A stretch of DNA of 64,000 nucleotides, from NCBI GenBank assembly GCA_018656555.1, contig JABHZQ010000025.1, positions 21,972-85,971 on the forward strand, given 5' to 3'. Every line of letters starts with the position of its first letter. The stretch's first letter is position 1. This document shows, piece after piece, positions 1-9,737 of the stretch. The notes beneath the pieces are model-generated. The model saw only the letters and a list, made by a program, of their open reading frames with translations, did not search any database and was not told the origin of the DNA. This DNA is from an archaeon. Lineage in GTDB: Archaea; Nanobdellota; Nanobdellia; SCGC-AAA011-G17; GW2011-AR17. Both the position numbers and the translations under genes were made by a program.

Positions 1-2
1 AT

Positions 3-3000
3 CGGACTTCACCTCCTGCACAAGTAGCTTTGACTTTTTATATGAAAGATGAAGATGATCAAGGAAAGGTTGAAGTTGATAATCTAGAATATAAAACTGA
101 TCCAACTATAACTCCACCACCAGCTCCTGAAATACAAGTGAAAAATTTTGTGATTCCATTCCAATCTGGAGATAGTTTGGTTGCAACAGGAAATGCAAAA
201 TTGAAGGGATATATGGGGCCGGGAGATATGCCATTTTTACTTTATACTAGTTATTATAATCCTTCATTTACCGGAGATGGAAAATTAAGAATTGTAGGAA
301 CTAATGATCAGGCAACGGATACCTTGGGTGTAGTTTATAGGAATAATCAAGTTTACTATATGCCCTTTCAAACTTCAGTGGATATAGATTTGAAAGATAC
401 TAGTGCTAATATTAATGGGAATACTCTTGTGATTGGAGGGTTAGCTATTTTGGATTCAGATTTAGGAGTACTTTATGAAGCTGTTCTTACTGAAGATAGT
501 CAAGGTGGGGTTGTGCTGTGGTTATTAGATGCGGATGGAATTGTGGATACGGCACTTTTAGATTCTAGTAATGGGGTTTTAGGATTTAGAGTTAATAATC
601 AAGATGTTGCTGAAATAACTTTTAAAGATAATATAATATTTACTTTTGAAGATTTTGGGTTAAGTGGAGGATATAATCCTAGTTTATTCTACCAAGTTAT
701 AGACACACAAAATGCAGCTAATACTGATGGAGCAATAGATATTACTTTTGATAATTGGAATTTTATGGTTCAGACTGAAGCAGCTTTAGATTGTAGTTCT
801 TTGGATTCTGAACAATGTCAAACTCACCCTTATTGTTACTATAGAGATATGGGGGAGTTTAGTCTTTGTGAAGAAAAAGAGTGTTGGGATTTACCTAATC
901 AAAATGATTGTAGTGATTCACAAAATAAGATTGGCAAGGTTTGTGATTGGGAAGCATCTAGTAGTTCTTTTGATGGTTGGTGTGAGATGAGTAGTTGTTA
1001 TAGTTATGAAGGAACTAATGAAAATACTTGTGTTAATAATGCAGATGGTTTGATTTGTGATTGGCAAGAGTCATGTAGTGGTTGGAAGGAAGAATGTTGG
1101 AGTGTTACTGATTCTTCTACTTGTAATTCCATGAATGGGTGTTTCTGGGGAATGTGTCAGGAACAAGGTTGTTGGAATTATGGAGATATAACTTCTTGTA
1201 CTGCACCAGGAACTAAGGGTTCCAGGGGTGGAAATTGTAAATGGGATGGTGGACAGAATTATTGTTATGAGGATTCTTGTTGGAATATTGAAACAAAGAC
1301 TGCTTGTGAAGCAAGTGCGATGAATTGTGAATATGATGATGCATACAATCAGTGTAGTGAAGTTTCTTGTTCTTCTTATGATTATACTTCAACAAATACT
1401 TGTGAAACTGCAGTAGGTTTAACTTGTAGTTATGATAGTAATACTAATAGATGTAGTTTTATAGATTGTTGGGACAAAGGGGAATCTGCTTGTGGTACTG
1501 CAGTAGGTTGTTCTTGGCAAGCTGTTAGAGGGAATACTGGTGGAGAGTGTAGAGATGTTGATTGTTGGGATTTGAATACAAGAGCTACTTGTGAAGCTAA
1601 AGATGAATGTGTTTTTGATTCAATAAGAAATCAATGTAGTAGGGGTGAAGCAAAAACTTGTGGTGGTTTTGTTAATGAGATGGATTGTATGGATACTCGT
1701 CATTGTTATTGGGATTATGATACAACTACTTGTATGGATCCAAACGATAATGAATATACAAGTATTTTTTCAGCTTGGAGTCCAGGTTGTTATATTTTTA
1801 GTGATTCTACTACTTGTGCAAAAGCTAGTGGTTGTGTTTATGATGAGACAGATGGTTGTATAACTAAAGTTGGACATGATAATGAAGCAGCAATTGATGC
1901 AAATGGATTGGCTTGTTCATATATAACTGATTTAGATCTGTGTACAAGTATTAGTTCTTTGTCTACTTGTTGTGATTGGGTGGGTACTGGTTGTGCAGCT
2001 AGTTATGATCCTAAATGTAGAACTGAAAGAGAGGAATTACCTCAAAACTTAGTAAAATGTTCTGATGCGGGGGCAGTAACTTCAGATATAAAAGCAGCAG
2101 AGAATTTGTGTAGTCAAGTTGCTGGTTCACCTTGGTTTGCACCTTGTGAATGGGATTCTTCTACTGGTCAATGTGGATTTAATGGAGATTCTGTTTTTGG
2201 TGATAGAACTCAATCTTTGTCTTTGATTGATAATGAAGAGATGTGTAAGTTTGGTGGTGGAAAATGGATTGATGAGTTTTATTGTGAGGGAGATGATTCT
2301 ATGCCTGCTGGAAGATGTGAGGCTAAAGGAGATGAGGAGAATAATTGTAATGTAGCTTGTTTTGCTTGTGAAAGTGGGTTTGATGGAAGTCCACATACTA
2401 CTTCACAAGAGTTTAGTGAATATTGTTTTGATTCTGATTTAGGTTATTGTGAACCTACTTTAGATTCTACAGCACCAAATGGATTTGGATATTGTAGTGC
2501 TAAAGAAGAGTTTAAGAATAAAGTAGCTACAGATTGTAAGAGTGATTGTGGTAGTTGTACTTATATGGGTAATCCAAATGCAGCATCACCTTTTGATGGT
2601 TCTGAAAGTTATTATTCCTGTAATACACCCCAATGTTATTGTGAGAATACAGATTCATTTGGAAATGTAAATTGTAAATATGTTAGTGATAGTGATAGTG
2701 ATTTGGGCGGCTATTGTGTTGATTCAACAACTAAAACTTGTCAAGATTCTTGTGATAGATGTTATACTCAGGATGAATGTGTAAATGATGGGAAAAATGT
2801 TTGGGGTGTTAGTGGTTTATGTTCTTGGTCTGGAACTGCAACAGATGGTAGTTGTGGTAGTGCTGGTGGTGGAAATGATGAGGTTTGTTGGGATGCGATA
2901 GATAATGATGAGAATGGAGAGATTGATTGTGGAGATGCTAAATGTTTTACAGATCCTTCTTGTGGATTTGTTTCTGTTACTGATAATTGTCCAAGTTTTA

Positions 3001-6000
3001 CAACTGTAGCTACATGTGAAGCAGCTGGTTGTGAAGCTATTGAAGATTATGGTGGTTTTTTCTGTGATTTTGCAGGAGCAAGATGTTGGGAAAATGATGG
3101 TGATTCAACTGCTTGTACTAATGCTGGATGTGAATTTTCATTAGGTTCTGGTGATGCTAGTGCTTCATGTGAACAAGATTGGGGTAGTGAGATGACTTGT
3201 ATGGAAGCAGAGGATGATGATGCTTGTGGTGGATTGGATGGATGTGTTTTTGAATCTGATGATTGGTGTAATCAACCAGAGGGTGCTGAGTCTGAATGGT
3301 GTGCTGATGGTAAAGCTGGTTGGTGTAAGTCTGAAACCTTTTCAGATGCAAATGTAGAGTGTTGGAGATTCAAAGCTACAAATACTTGTAATGCTCAAGA
3401 TGGTTGTGTATTTATGGCAAGTGACCATGGTGAAACTTGTGAAGTAGATTGGAGTGTAGATTGTCCATCTTTAACTGATAGTTCTAGTTGTATATCTGGT
3501 GGATGTGATTGGGCAGAAGAGGATGGATATAGTTGGTGTAGAGGGAAGTTTGAAAAATGTTTTAGAAAGAATAGTAGAGAACAGTGTTTACAAGATTCAG
3601 ATATTTGTGATTGGAATGAGTGGGGAAATTATTGTGATCCAATTTGTTTCTCTAAGGAGAATGGAGAATGTGAAGCTGTAGATGGTTGTTTGTTAACTTC
3701 TGGTTGGTGTGAGCAGGATTGGAGTGGAAGTGGTTTGAGTTGTTTTGATCTTACAGAAGAGGGGGCTTGTAATTCAGCAGATGGTTGTACTTACAAAGGT
3801 GCAGGTTGGTGTAGTCCTCCTGGGTTTACTGGTGGTAGTGCTTTTGATGAAGGTACTGGTGGAGGAGGGGAGATGGGTTCAATTTGTTGGAAATATGATG
3901 GAACAAATCAAAATGCTTGTGAGAGTAATGCGGATGGTGCTGATTGTTCTTGGTATCAAGAGATTAAACCTTATTGTGATGTAGATTGGTCTGGTAATTG
4001 TTGGGAAAAATGGGATAGTGATTCATGTGGTGCTACAGGTGGATGTACTTGGAATGGTGGGGCTAGTAATTGTGAAAGTACCTTTGATCAATGTTGGGGA
4101 ATAGAAGATAGTGGAACTTGTAATACTAATGCTAATTGTAATTATAATGTTTTGGGTAGTTATTGTGAACCAATTTGTTTTTCTTTGAGTGCTGGTGATT
4201 GTGCTGCAAATGATGATTGTAAATTAATGAGTGGTTGGTGTGAAGCACCAGGAATGGGAGCTATGTTTGATGGTATGGAGAGTGGGATGCCTGTGATGGT
4301 TGCTATGGATGAATGTGGTAGTGAAACTAGTGATCATTTAGATTTATGTGGTATAGGTGTAAAAGATATGGGAGATGCACTTGGTTTTGGTGGAATTGTT
4401 TCAAATATGGGAGATGCTGGTGTGTGTAATAATAAGAAAATTGGGTTTGATGGGGTTGTTGTAGGTAATGGTGATGAGGATTTGAAATTTTATGTTTATA
4501 TTGATTCAGATGGTTCTACAGATGGTGGGTGTGCTTTATCTGATGACAATAGTTTGAAAGGTTATGAATTTATGTTGAAGTATGTTTCAACTTGGAATGA
4601 TGATAATTCTAAAGTAGAAGATACTTTTACTTCTTATAAGTGTGTATCAAGTAAATGGAAGGTTGCAGATATTAGTTTGAGTGCTTGGGATACTAAAATG
4701 TGTAGTGAGATTGGTGGACCTATTATTGCAGTTCAGAAATCTGATCTTGAAAAGTTCCCAGCCCTTTATAATTCGGGTGTAGATATGAGAGTTTCAGTTG
4801 CTACTGCTGGTGATGGTAAAGATGCAAGTGATCCTTCTGATACTGCTGGACCTGGTTGGGTAACACCTGGAGCTTTTGATTTTGAGTTAGCAGGATTTTT
4901 TGATTATGGTGTAGATAGTGCACAGTTTGAAGATATTATGAAAAATGGATATGTAGAATATGAAGATTGTTTTAATTCTATTGATGATGATAATGATGGT
5001 AGTGTAGATTGTGATGATTGGGATTGTGCTGAGTTGAAAATGTGTGAAAATTTAGGGGTAAATGCAGCAGGATATGTTGATAATTCTGCTCCAAAAATTT
5101 CTGGAATTAAAGTAGAAGAGTATACAGATTCAGTAATGGTGATGTATTATTCGGATAAACCAACTACTGGAACTTATTATGATTATGGAACAGATTCTAG
5201 TTGTACAGGTCCAACTACTTCTATTTATGATAAAGGAATTATTAGTGATAATATGAAAGATTATAAGATGTGGCATATTGCTGAGGTGTATGATGATGGG
5301 GGAGTTAATTCATTAGATTCACCATTAACTGCTGATACTGATTATTATTATAAATTAGAAATTTGTGATAAGGCCGGAAAGTGTGCTAAGAGTAAATGTT
5401 CTAAAGTAAGAACTAGTAATGGTAGATGTCCATATTGTAAGTTTGTAACTAAGATTGTAGCACCAGAAGGATGGACTGTTAGTTATGATTTGAATACAGA
5501 TGGAACTTATGAACATATTCAAGGAACTGTTTGTGGTACTAATGCAGGAATGAAAACTAGCTATACAGAAGGAAGGAGTGCTAATGTTATGATAAGTGAT
5601 ACTTCAGGGTATAAAATGATATTTAATGATGTTCATTTAACTAAAACTGGATTGACTAGTGATACAAGAGATATTCAAAGTGAGGGAGCATTGATTGCAA
5701 CTACAGTTAATGATGTTCCTCTGGTGGGTATGGCTTCTTCAACTAGAGATAAAATAATTAATAATTTACACCCAGATAGTTGTCAAATTAGAATACCTTC
5801 TTCTCCAGATTGTAGTGAGTTATGGCACTGTGATGATAGTGGTGCTAATTGTCTTGTAAGAGATGACGCAACACTTGTTTTAGATGAATCTTCTGTTGGA
5901 TTTTGTACTTGGCAGATTCCTTATTGTGAGTTTTCTACTTGGGCTGGTGGGGATGCGGGGTCAGCTGCACCTGTGAGTTCTAGTGATGGTGGTGCTTCTG

Positions 6001-6266
6001 GTGGTTCAGGTGGAGCGGGTGGGACTTCAGCAGTAGCAGAGGAAGAAGAGGAAGAAGAAACAATAAGTGATTTTATTATTGGTGATGATGAAGGTATGGG
6101 TAATTTATTTGAATTTGGTGATTTTGAGATAACACCTTTAGAATTTAAGACTCCTGAAGGGAAAGAAGGAAATTGGTTCTTTGAGTTGTATGGATTATGG
6201 ATAACTATTGGAATATTGGGTGTATTAAGCGTATTGTATATTGTAGTTTCTAGAGTTAGAAGATAA
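3..6266 (+). CDS. Giant Cys-rich cell-surface protein, 5'-truncated by the window edge; Cys/Trp repeats, two DxDxDG-type Ca-binding motifs, FN3-like domain, C-terminal TM anchor
   Basis: The frame of the 30..6266 ORF has no stop back to base 3 (RTSPPAQVA-LTFYMK), so the true start is outside the window. Repeated CW-x7-9-C-x4-6-C-x-W units, CWDAIDNDENGEIDCGDAKC and CFNSIDDDNDGSVDCDDWDC, Gly/Ser and poly-Glu linker, hydrophobic C-terminus ending SRVRR. Confidence 0.8.
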   Translation, partial: RTSPPAQVALTFYMKDEDDQGKVEVDNLEYKTDPTITPPPAPEIQVKNFVIPFQSGDSLVATGNAKLKGYMGPGDMPFLLYTSYYNPSFTGDGKLRIVGTNDQATDTLGVVYRNNQVYYMPFQTSVDIDLKDTSANINGNTLVIGGLAILDSDLGVLYEAVLTEDSQGGVVLWLLDADGIVDTALLDSSNGVLGFRVNNQDVAEITFKDNIIFTFEDFGLSGGYNPSLFYQVIDTQNAANTDGAIDITFDNWNFMVQTEAALDCSSLDSEQCQTHPYCYYRDMGEFSLCEEKECWDLPNQNDCSDSQNKIGKVCDWEASSSSFDGWCEMSSCYSYEGTNENTCVNNADGLICDWQESCSGWKEECWSVTDSSTCNSMNGCFWGMCQEQGCWNYGDITSCTAPGTKGSRGGNCKWDGGQNYCYEDSCWNIETKTACEASAMNCEYDDAYNQCSEVSCSSYDYTSTNTCETAVGLTCSYDSNTNRCSFIDCWDKGESACGTAVGCSWQAVRGNTGGECRDVDCWDLNTRATCEAKDECVFDSIRNQCSRGEAKTCGGFVNEMDCMDTRHCYWDYDTTTCMDPNDNEYTSIFSAWSPGCYIFSDSTTCAKASGCVYDETDGCITKVGHDNEAAIDANGLACSYITDLDLCTSISSLSTCCDWVGTGCAASYDPKCRTEREELPQNLVKCSDAGAVTSDIKAAENLCSQVAGSPWFAPCEWDSSTGQCGFNGDSVFGDRTQSLSLIDNEEMCKFGGGKWIDEFYCEGDDSMPAGRCEAKGDEENNCNVACFACESGFDGSPHTTSQEFSEYCFDSDLGYCEPTLDSTAPNGFGYCSAKEEFKNKVATDCKSDCGSCTYMGNPNAASPFDGSESYYSCNTPQCYCENTDSFGNVNCKYVSDSDSDLGGYCVDSTTKTCQDSCDRCYTQDECVNDGKNVWGVSGLCSWSGTATDGSCGSAGGGNDEVCWDAIDNDENGEIDCGDAKCFTDPSCGFVSVTDNCPSFTTVATCEAAGCEAIEDYGGFFCDFAGARCWENDGDSTACTNAGCEFSLGSGDASASCEQDWGSEMTCMEAEDDDACGGLDGCVFESDDWCNQPEGAESEWCADGKAGWCKSETFSDANVECWRFKATNTCNAQDGCVFMASDHGETCEVDWSVDCPSLTDSSSCISGGCDWAEEDGYSWCRGKFEKCFRKNSREQCLQDSDICDWNEWGNYCDPICFSKENGECEAVDGCLLTSGWCEQDWSGSGLSCFDLTEEGACNSADGCTYKGAGWCSPPGFTGGSAFDEGTGGGGEMGSICWKYDGTNQNACESNADGADCSWYQEIKPYCDVDWSGNCWEKWDSDSCGATGGCTWNGGASNCESTFDQCWGIEDSGTCNTNANCNYNVLGSYCEPICFSLSAGDCAANDDCKLMSGWCEAPGMGAMFDGMESGMPVMVAMDECGSETSDHLDLCGIGVKDMGDALGFGGIVSNMGDAGVCNNKKIGFDGVVVGNGDEDLKFYVYIDSDGSTDGGCALSDDNSLKGYEFMLKYVSTWNDDNSKVEDTFTSYKCVSSKWKVADISLSAWDTKMCSEIGGPIIAVQKSDLEKFPALYNSGVDMRVSVATAGDGKDASDPSDTAGPGWVTPGAFDFELAGFFDYGVDSAQFEDIMKNGYVEYEDCFNSIDDDNDGSVDCDDWDCAELKMCENLGVNAAGYVDNSAPKISGIKVEEYTDSVMVMYYSDKPTTGTYYDYGTDSSCTGPTTSIYDKGIISDNMKDYKMWHIAEVYDDGGVNSLDSPLTADTDYYYKLEICDKAGKCAKSKCSKVRTSNGRCPYCKFVTKIVAPEGWTVSYDLNTDGTYEHIQGTVCGTNAGMKTSYTEGRSANVMISDTSGYKMIFNDVHLTKTGLTSDTRDIQSEGALIATTVNDVPLVGMASSTRDKIINNLHPDSCQIRIPSSPDCSELWHCDDSGANCLVRDDATLVLDESSVGFCTWQIPYCEFSTWAGGDAGSAAPVSSSDGGASGGSGGAGGTSAVAEEEEEEETISDFIIGDDEGMGNLFEFGDFEITPLEFKTPEGKEGNWFFELYGLWITIGILGVLSVLYIVVSRVRR

Positions 6267-6314
6267 TATAAATGTTTTAGTATATGAATACTTAATTAAT
6301 TGTTATTCTAGGAG

Positions 6315-9300
6315 ATGAATATGGCTGAGATGAGCGAACATATGGAGAAGTATTTTGAGGAAATCAATACTCAAGTTCTAGGATGTTATGATATTGCTAA
6401 TAAGGCTAAATCTATGGGTCTTGATCCTGATTCTAGAGTTATGATACCTCTTGCTAAGAATATGGCTGAAAGAGTAGAGGGATTGATTGCTACTGCTGCA
6501 CCAGAGATTGTTGGGAAGGGAGTTCCAGAGAGAATTCATGAGTTAGAAGAAAAGTATGGAAGCCAAGATTGGAGAGTTGCTTTAACTATAGCTGAAGAGG
6601 TTGCAAAAGAGAAGTTTTGTAAGTTTGAGAGTAAGAAGAAAGCAATGGAAGTGGGAATAAGAGTTGGATTTGCTTATGTTACAGTGGGGGTTGTTGCTTC
6701 TCCTTTGGAAGGTTTTGTTGAGTTAAGGATTATGAAAAGAAGGGATGGTAGGGGGGAATATTTTTGTTTGATGTATGGTGGACCAGTAAGAAGTGCCGGT
6801 GGAACTGGTGCTAGTGTTTCTGTTTTAATTGCTGATCATATTAGGAAAAAGATGGGTTATGATGTTTATGATGCAGATGAACAAGAGATTAAAAGAGCAT
6901 ATACTGAGATTTGTGATTATCATGAAAGAGTTACTAATTTGCAGTATTTTCCGTCGGAAGAAGAGATTACATTTTTAATGAAACATTTACCTGTACAAAT
7001 TGGGGGGGATGCTTCTGAAAAGTTTGAAGTTAGTAACTATAAAGATTTACCAAGAATTGATACAAATAGAATAAGAAATGGTTTTTGTTTAGTTATGGCT
7101 GAATGTTTATCTTTGAAAGCTCCTAAGGTTTGGAAGCAGTTAAATAAGTGGGGAGAGGAGATGGGTTTGGATGATTGGTTGTTTGTTAAGGATTTTGTTG
7201 ATTTACAGAAAGAGGTTAAGTCTAAAGGTGGAGGGATTGAGGTTAAGAGTGAAGAAAAAGTAAAACCGGATTTTACTTTTATTAAAGATCTAGTTGCTGG
7301 TAGGCCAGTTATTACTCATCCTTTAAGAAATGGTGGTTGGAGGTTAAGGTATGGTAGGGCAAGAGTTACTGGTTTTTCTGCTGATGGTATTAGTCCTGCT
7401 TCTATGGTTGTGTTAGATGATTTTATTGCTGTGGGTACACAGTTTAAAACTGAGAGACCGGGGAAGTCTACAACTTTAGGAAGTTGTGATATTATTGATG
7501 GGCCAATTGTTAGATTGAAGAATGGAGATGTAAAATATTTACATACTTACTTAGAAGCAAAAGAGGTTATTAAGGATGTTGATGAAGTAATTTATTTGGG
7601 AGACATATTAATCAACTATGGAGATTTTTTGAATAGGGCGCACAAGTTGTTACCTGTTGGTTTTGTCGAGGAGTGGTGGGTTAAGTATTTGGGTGAGGAT
7701 ATTGATTGTTATAATGTTAGTTTTGATGAAGCGGTTAGGTATTCTAGGGAGAAGAATGTACCTTTTTATCCAAGGTATATATTTTATTGGAATTCTATTG
7801 AGAAGGAAGATTTTATTAAATTGTATAAGGTTTTGAAAAGTTCTGCAGTTGAGGAAAATAAAATTATTGTTTCTGATTTTTCTGTTAAAAGAACTTTAGA
7901 ATTGATTGGTTGTGAGCACAAAGTTGTTTCTAATGAATATTTAATTATTCAAGGAGATGTTGCTAATGCTTTGAAAGTTAATCTTGGTGATTTTAAGAAA
8001 GAACTAGTTGAAAAAGAAACTCCTTTGGAAATGGTTAATGAATTATCTGAGTTTAAAATAAAGGATAAACTAGGACATTTTATTGGGGCTAGGATGGGAA
8101 GACCTGAAAAGGCTAAGATGAGAAAGATGCAGGGAAGTCCACATGTTTTATTTCCTATAGGTGATGAGGGGGGAAGGTTAAGATGTTTTCAATCTGCTTT
8201 AGAGGCTGGTAAAGTTACTTCTGAGTTTCCTAAGTTTTATTGTTCTAAATGTGATAAAAATACTATTTATGGTATTTGTGAAGATTGTGGTGAGAGGACT
8301 AAAAGAAAATATTATTGTAGGGGTTGTAGTAAGGAAATGTTTGAAACCCATTGTAGTGAATGTAAAGTTGATACAAAGAAATCTTTTAAACAGAGTATTG
8401 ATATAAAACATTATTTTTACAAGGCTTTGGAAAAGTTGGGTTCTCGTCAGTATCCAGACTTGATTAAAGGAGTTAGAGGTTTGAATAGTAGAGAACAGTT
8501 ACCAGAACATTTAGCTAAAGGAATAATAAGAGCTAAACATGGAATTCATGTGAATAAAGAAGGAACTGTTAGATATGATATGACTGAGTTACCAATTACT
8601 CACTTTAAACCTAAAGAGGTGGGGACAACTATTGAAAGATTGAGAGAGTTGGGGTATACTACAGATATTTCTGGTAAGGATTTAGTTGATGGAGATCAAG
8701 TTTTAGAAATTAAATGTCAGGATGTTGTGTTACCTGCTTGTAAACAAGCTCCTGAATTGGGAGCTGATGAGATTTTATTTAGAGTTGCTAATTTTTTAGA
8801 TGAAACTTTAGTTAAGTTATATAAAATGGAACCTTATTATAATCTAAAGAAAAAGAGTGACTTAGCTGGTAAGTTAATTGTTGCTATGAGTCCTCACACT
8901 TCTGCTGGAATTGTTTGTAGAATTGTAGGATTTGCAAAAGTTCAAGGGTTTTATGCTCATCCTCTTTTGCATAGTATTATGAGAAGAGATTGTGATGGAG
9001 ATGAGGCTGGTTGTATGTTGGTTTTGGATACTTTACTTAATTTTTCAAGAAAATTTTTACCTAATACTCGGGGAGTTACACAAGATGCACCTTTGGTTTT
9101 AACTTCTAAATTAATTCCTTCTGAAGTAGATGATATGGTTTTTGATATGGATATAGCTGCTAGTTATCCTTTGGAATTGTATGAAGCTGCTGAAGAGTAT
9201 AAGAATCCTTGGGATGTTAAGGTTGAATTACTGGGTGATAATTTGGGAAAGGAGAAACAGTATGAAGGAATGATGTTTACTCATGATACTTCAGATATTA

Positions 9301-9737
9301 ATGCTGCAGTGAGAGTTAGTAATTACAAAATATTGCCTTCTATGCGAGAGAAGGTTTTAGGACAGATGGAAATTGCTAGAAAGTTGAGGGCTGTAGATAC
9401 TGATGATGTTGCTAGGTTAATTATTGAAAGGCATTTTATGAGAGATATTAAAGGTAATTTAAGAAAGTTTTCTCAACAGAGTTTTAGATGTGTTAAATGT
9501 AATGAGATTTATAGGAGACCCCCTATGGCTGGAAAGTGTTTGAGTTGTAGTGGTAAGTTAGTTTTTACAATAGCTGAAGGAAGTGTTGTTAAATATTTAG
9601 AGCCAGCTATGGATTTGGCTGAGAAGTATAATTTACCTGCTTATTTGAAACAGACTCTTCATTTAGTTAAAGATAGAATTGATAGTGTGTTTGGTAAGGA
9701 TGATGAAAAACAAGAAGGTTTGAATAAGTGGTTTTAA
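6315..9737 (+). CDS. polC: DNA polymerase D large subunit (DP2)
   Basis: MAERVEGLI, GGPVRSAGGT, GARMGRPEKAK, RRDCDGDE catalytic motif, C-terminal Zn finger FRCVKC..C; no intein visible. Confidence 0.98.
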   Translation: MNMAEMSEHMEKYFEEINTQVLGCYDIANKAKSMGLDPDSRVMIPLAKNMAERVEGLIATAAPEIVGKGVPERIHELEEKYGSQDWRVALTIAEEVAKEKFCKFESKKKAMEVGIRVGFAYVTVGVVASPLEGFVELRIMKRRDGRGEYFCLMYGGPVRSAGGTGASVSVLIADHIRKKMGYDVYDADEQEIKRAYTEICDYHERVTNLQYFPSEEEITFLMKHLPVQIGGDASEKFEVSNYKDLPRIDTNRIRNGFCLVMAECLSLKAPKVWKQLNKWGEEMGLDDWLFVKDFVDLQKEVKSKGGGIEVKSEEKVKPDFTFIKDLVAGRPVITHPLRNGGWRLRYGRARVTGFSADGISPASMVVLDDFIAVGTQFKTERPGKSTTLGSCDIIDGPIVRLKNGDVKYLHTYLEAKEVIKDVDEVIYLGDILINYGDFLNRAHKLLPVGFVEEWWVKYLGEDIDCYNVSFDEAVRYSREKNVPFYPRYIFYWNSIEKEDFIKLYKVLKSSAVEENKIIVSDFSVKRTLELIGCEHKVVSNEYLIIQGDVANALKVNLGDFKKELVEKETPLEMVNELSEFKIKDKLGHFIGARMGRPEKAKMRKMQGSPHVLFPIGDEGGRLRCFQSALEAGKVTSEFPKFYCSKCDKNTIYGICEDCGERTKRKYYCRGCSKEMFETHCSECKVDTKKSFKQSIDIKHYFYKALEKLGSRQYPDLIKGVRGLNSREQLPEHLAKGIIRAKHGIHVNKEGTVRYDMTELPITHFKPKEVGTTIERLRELGYTTDISGKDLVDGDQVLEIKCQDVVLPACKQAPELGADEILFRVANFLDETLVKLYKMEPYYNLKKKSDLAGKLIVAMSPHTSAGIVCRIVGFAKVQGFYAHPLLHSIMRRDCDGDEAGCMLVLDTLLNFSRKFLPNTRGVTQDAPLVLTSKLIPSEVDDMVFDMDIAASYPLELYEAAEEYKNPWDVKVELLGDNLGKEKQYEGMMFTHDTSDINAAVRVSNYKILPSMREKVLGQMEIARKLRAVDTDDVARLIIERHFMRDIKGNLRKFSQQSFRCVKCNEIYRRPPMAGKCLSCSGKLVFTIAEGSVVKYLEPAMDLAEKYNLPAYLKQTLHLVKDRIDSVFGKDDEKQEGLNKWF

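Noticed and set aside
30-6266. TTG at 30 as the start of the first gene
   Set aside because: The frame is open to base 3 and there is no signal peptide at this position; the gene begins outside the window.
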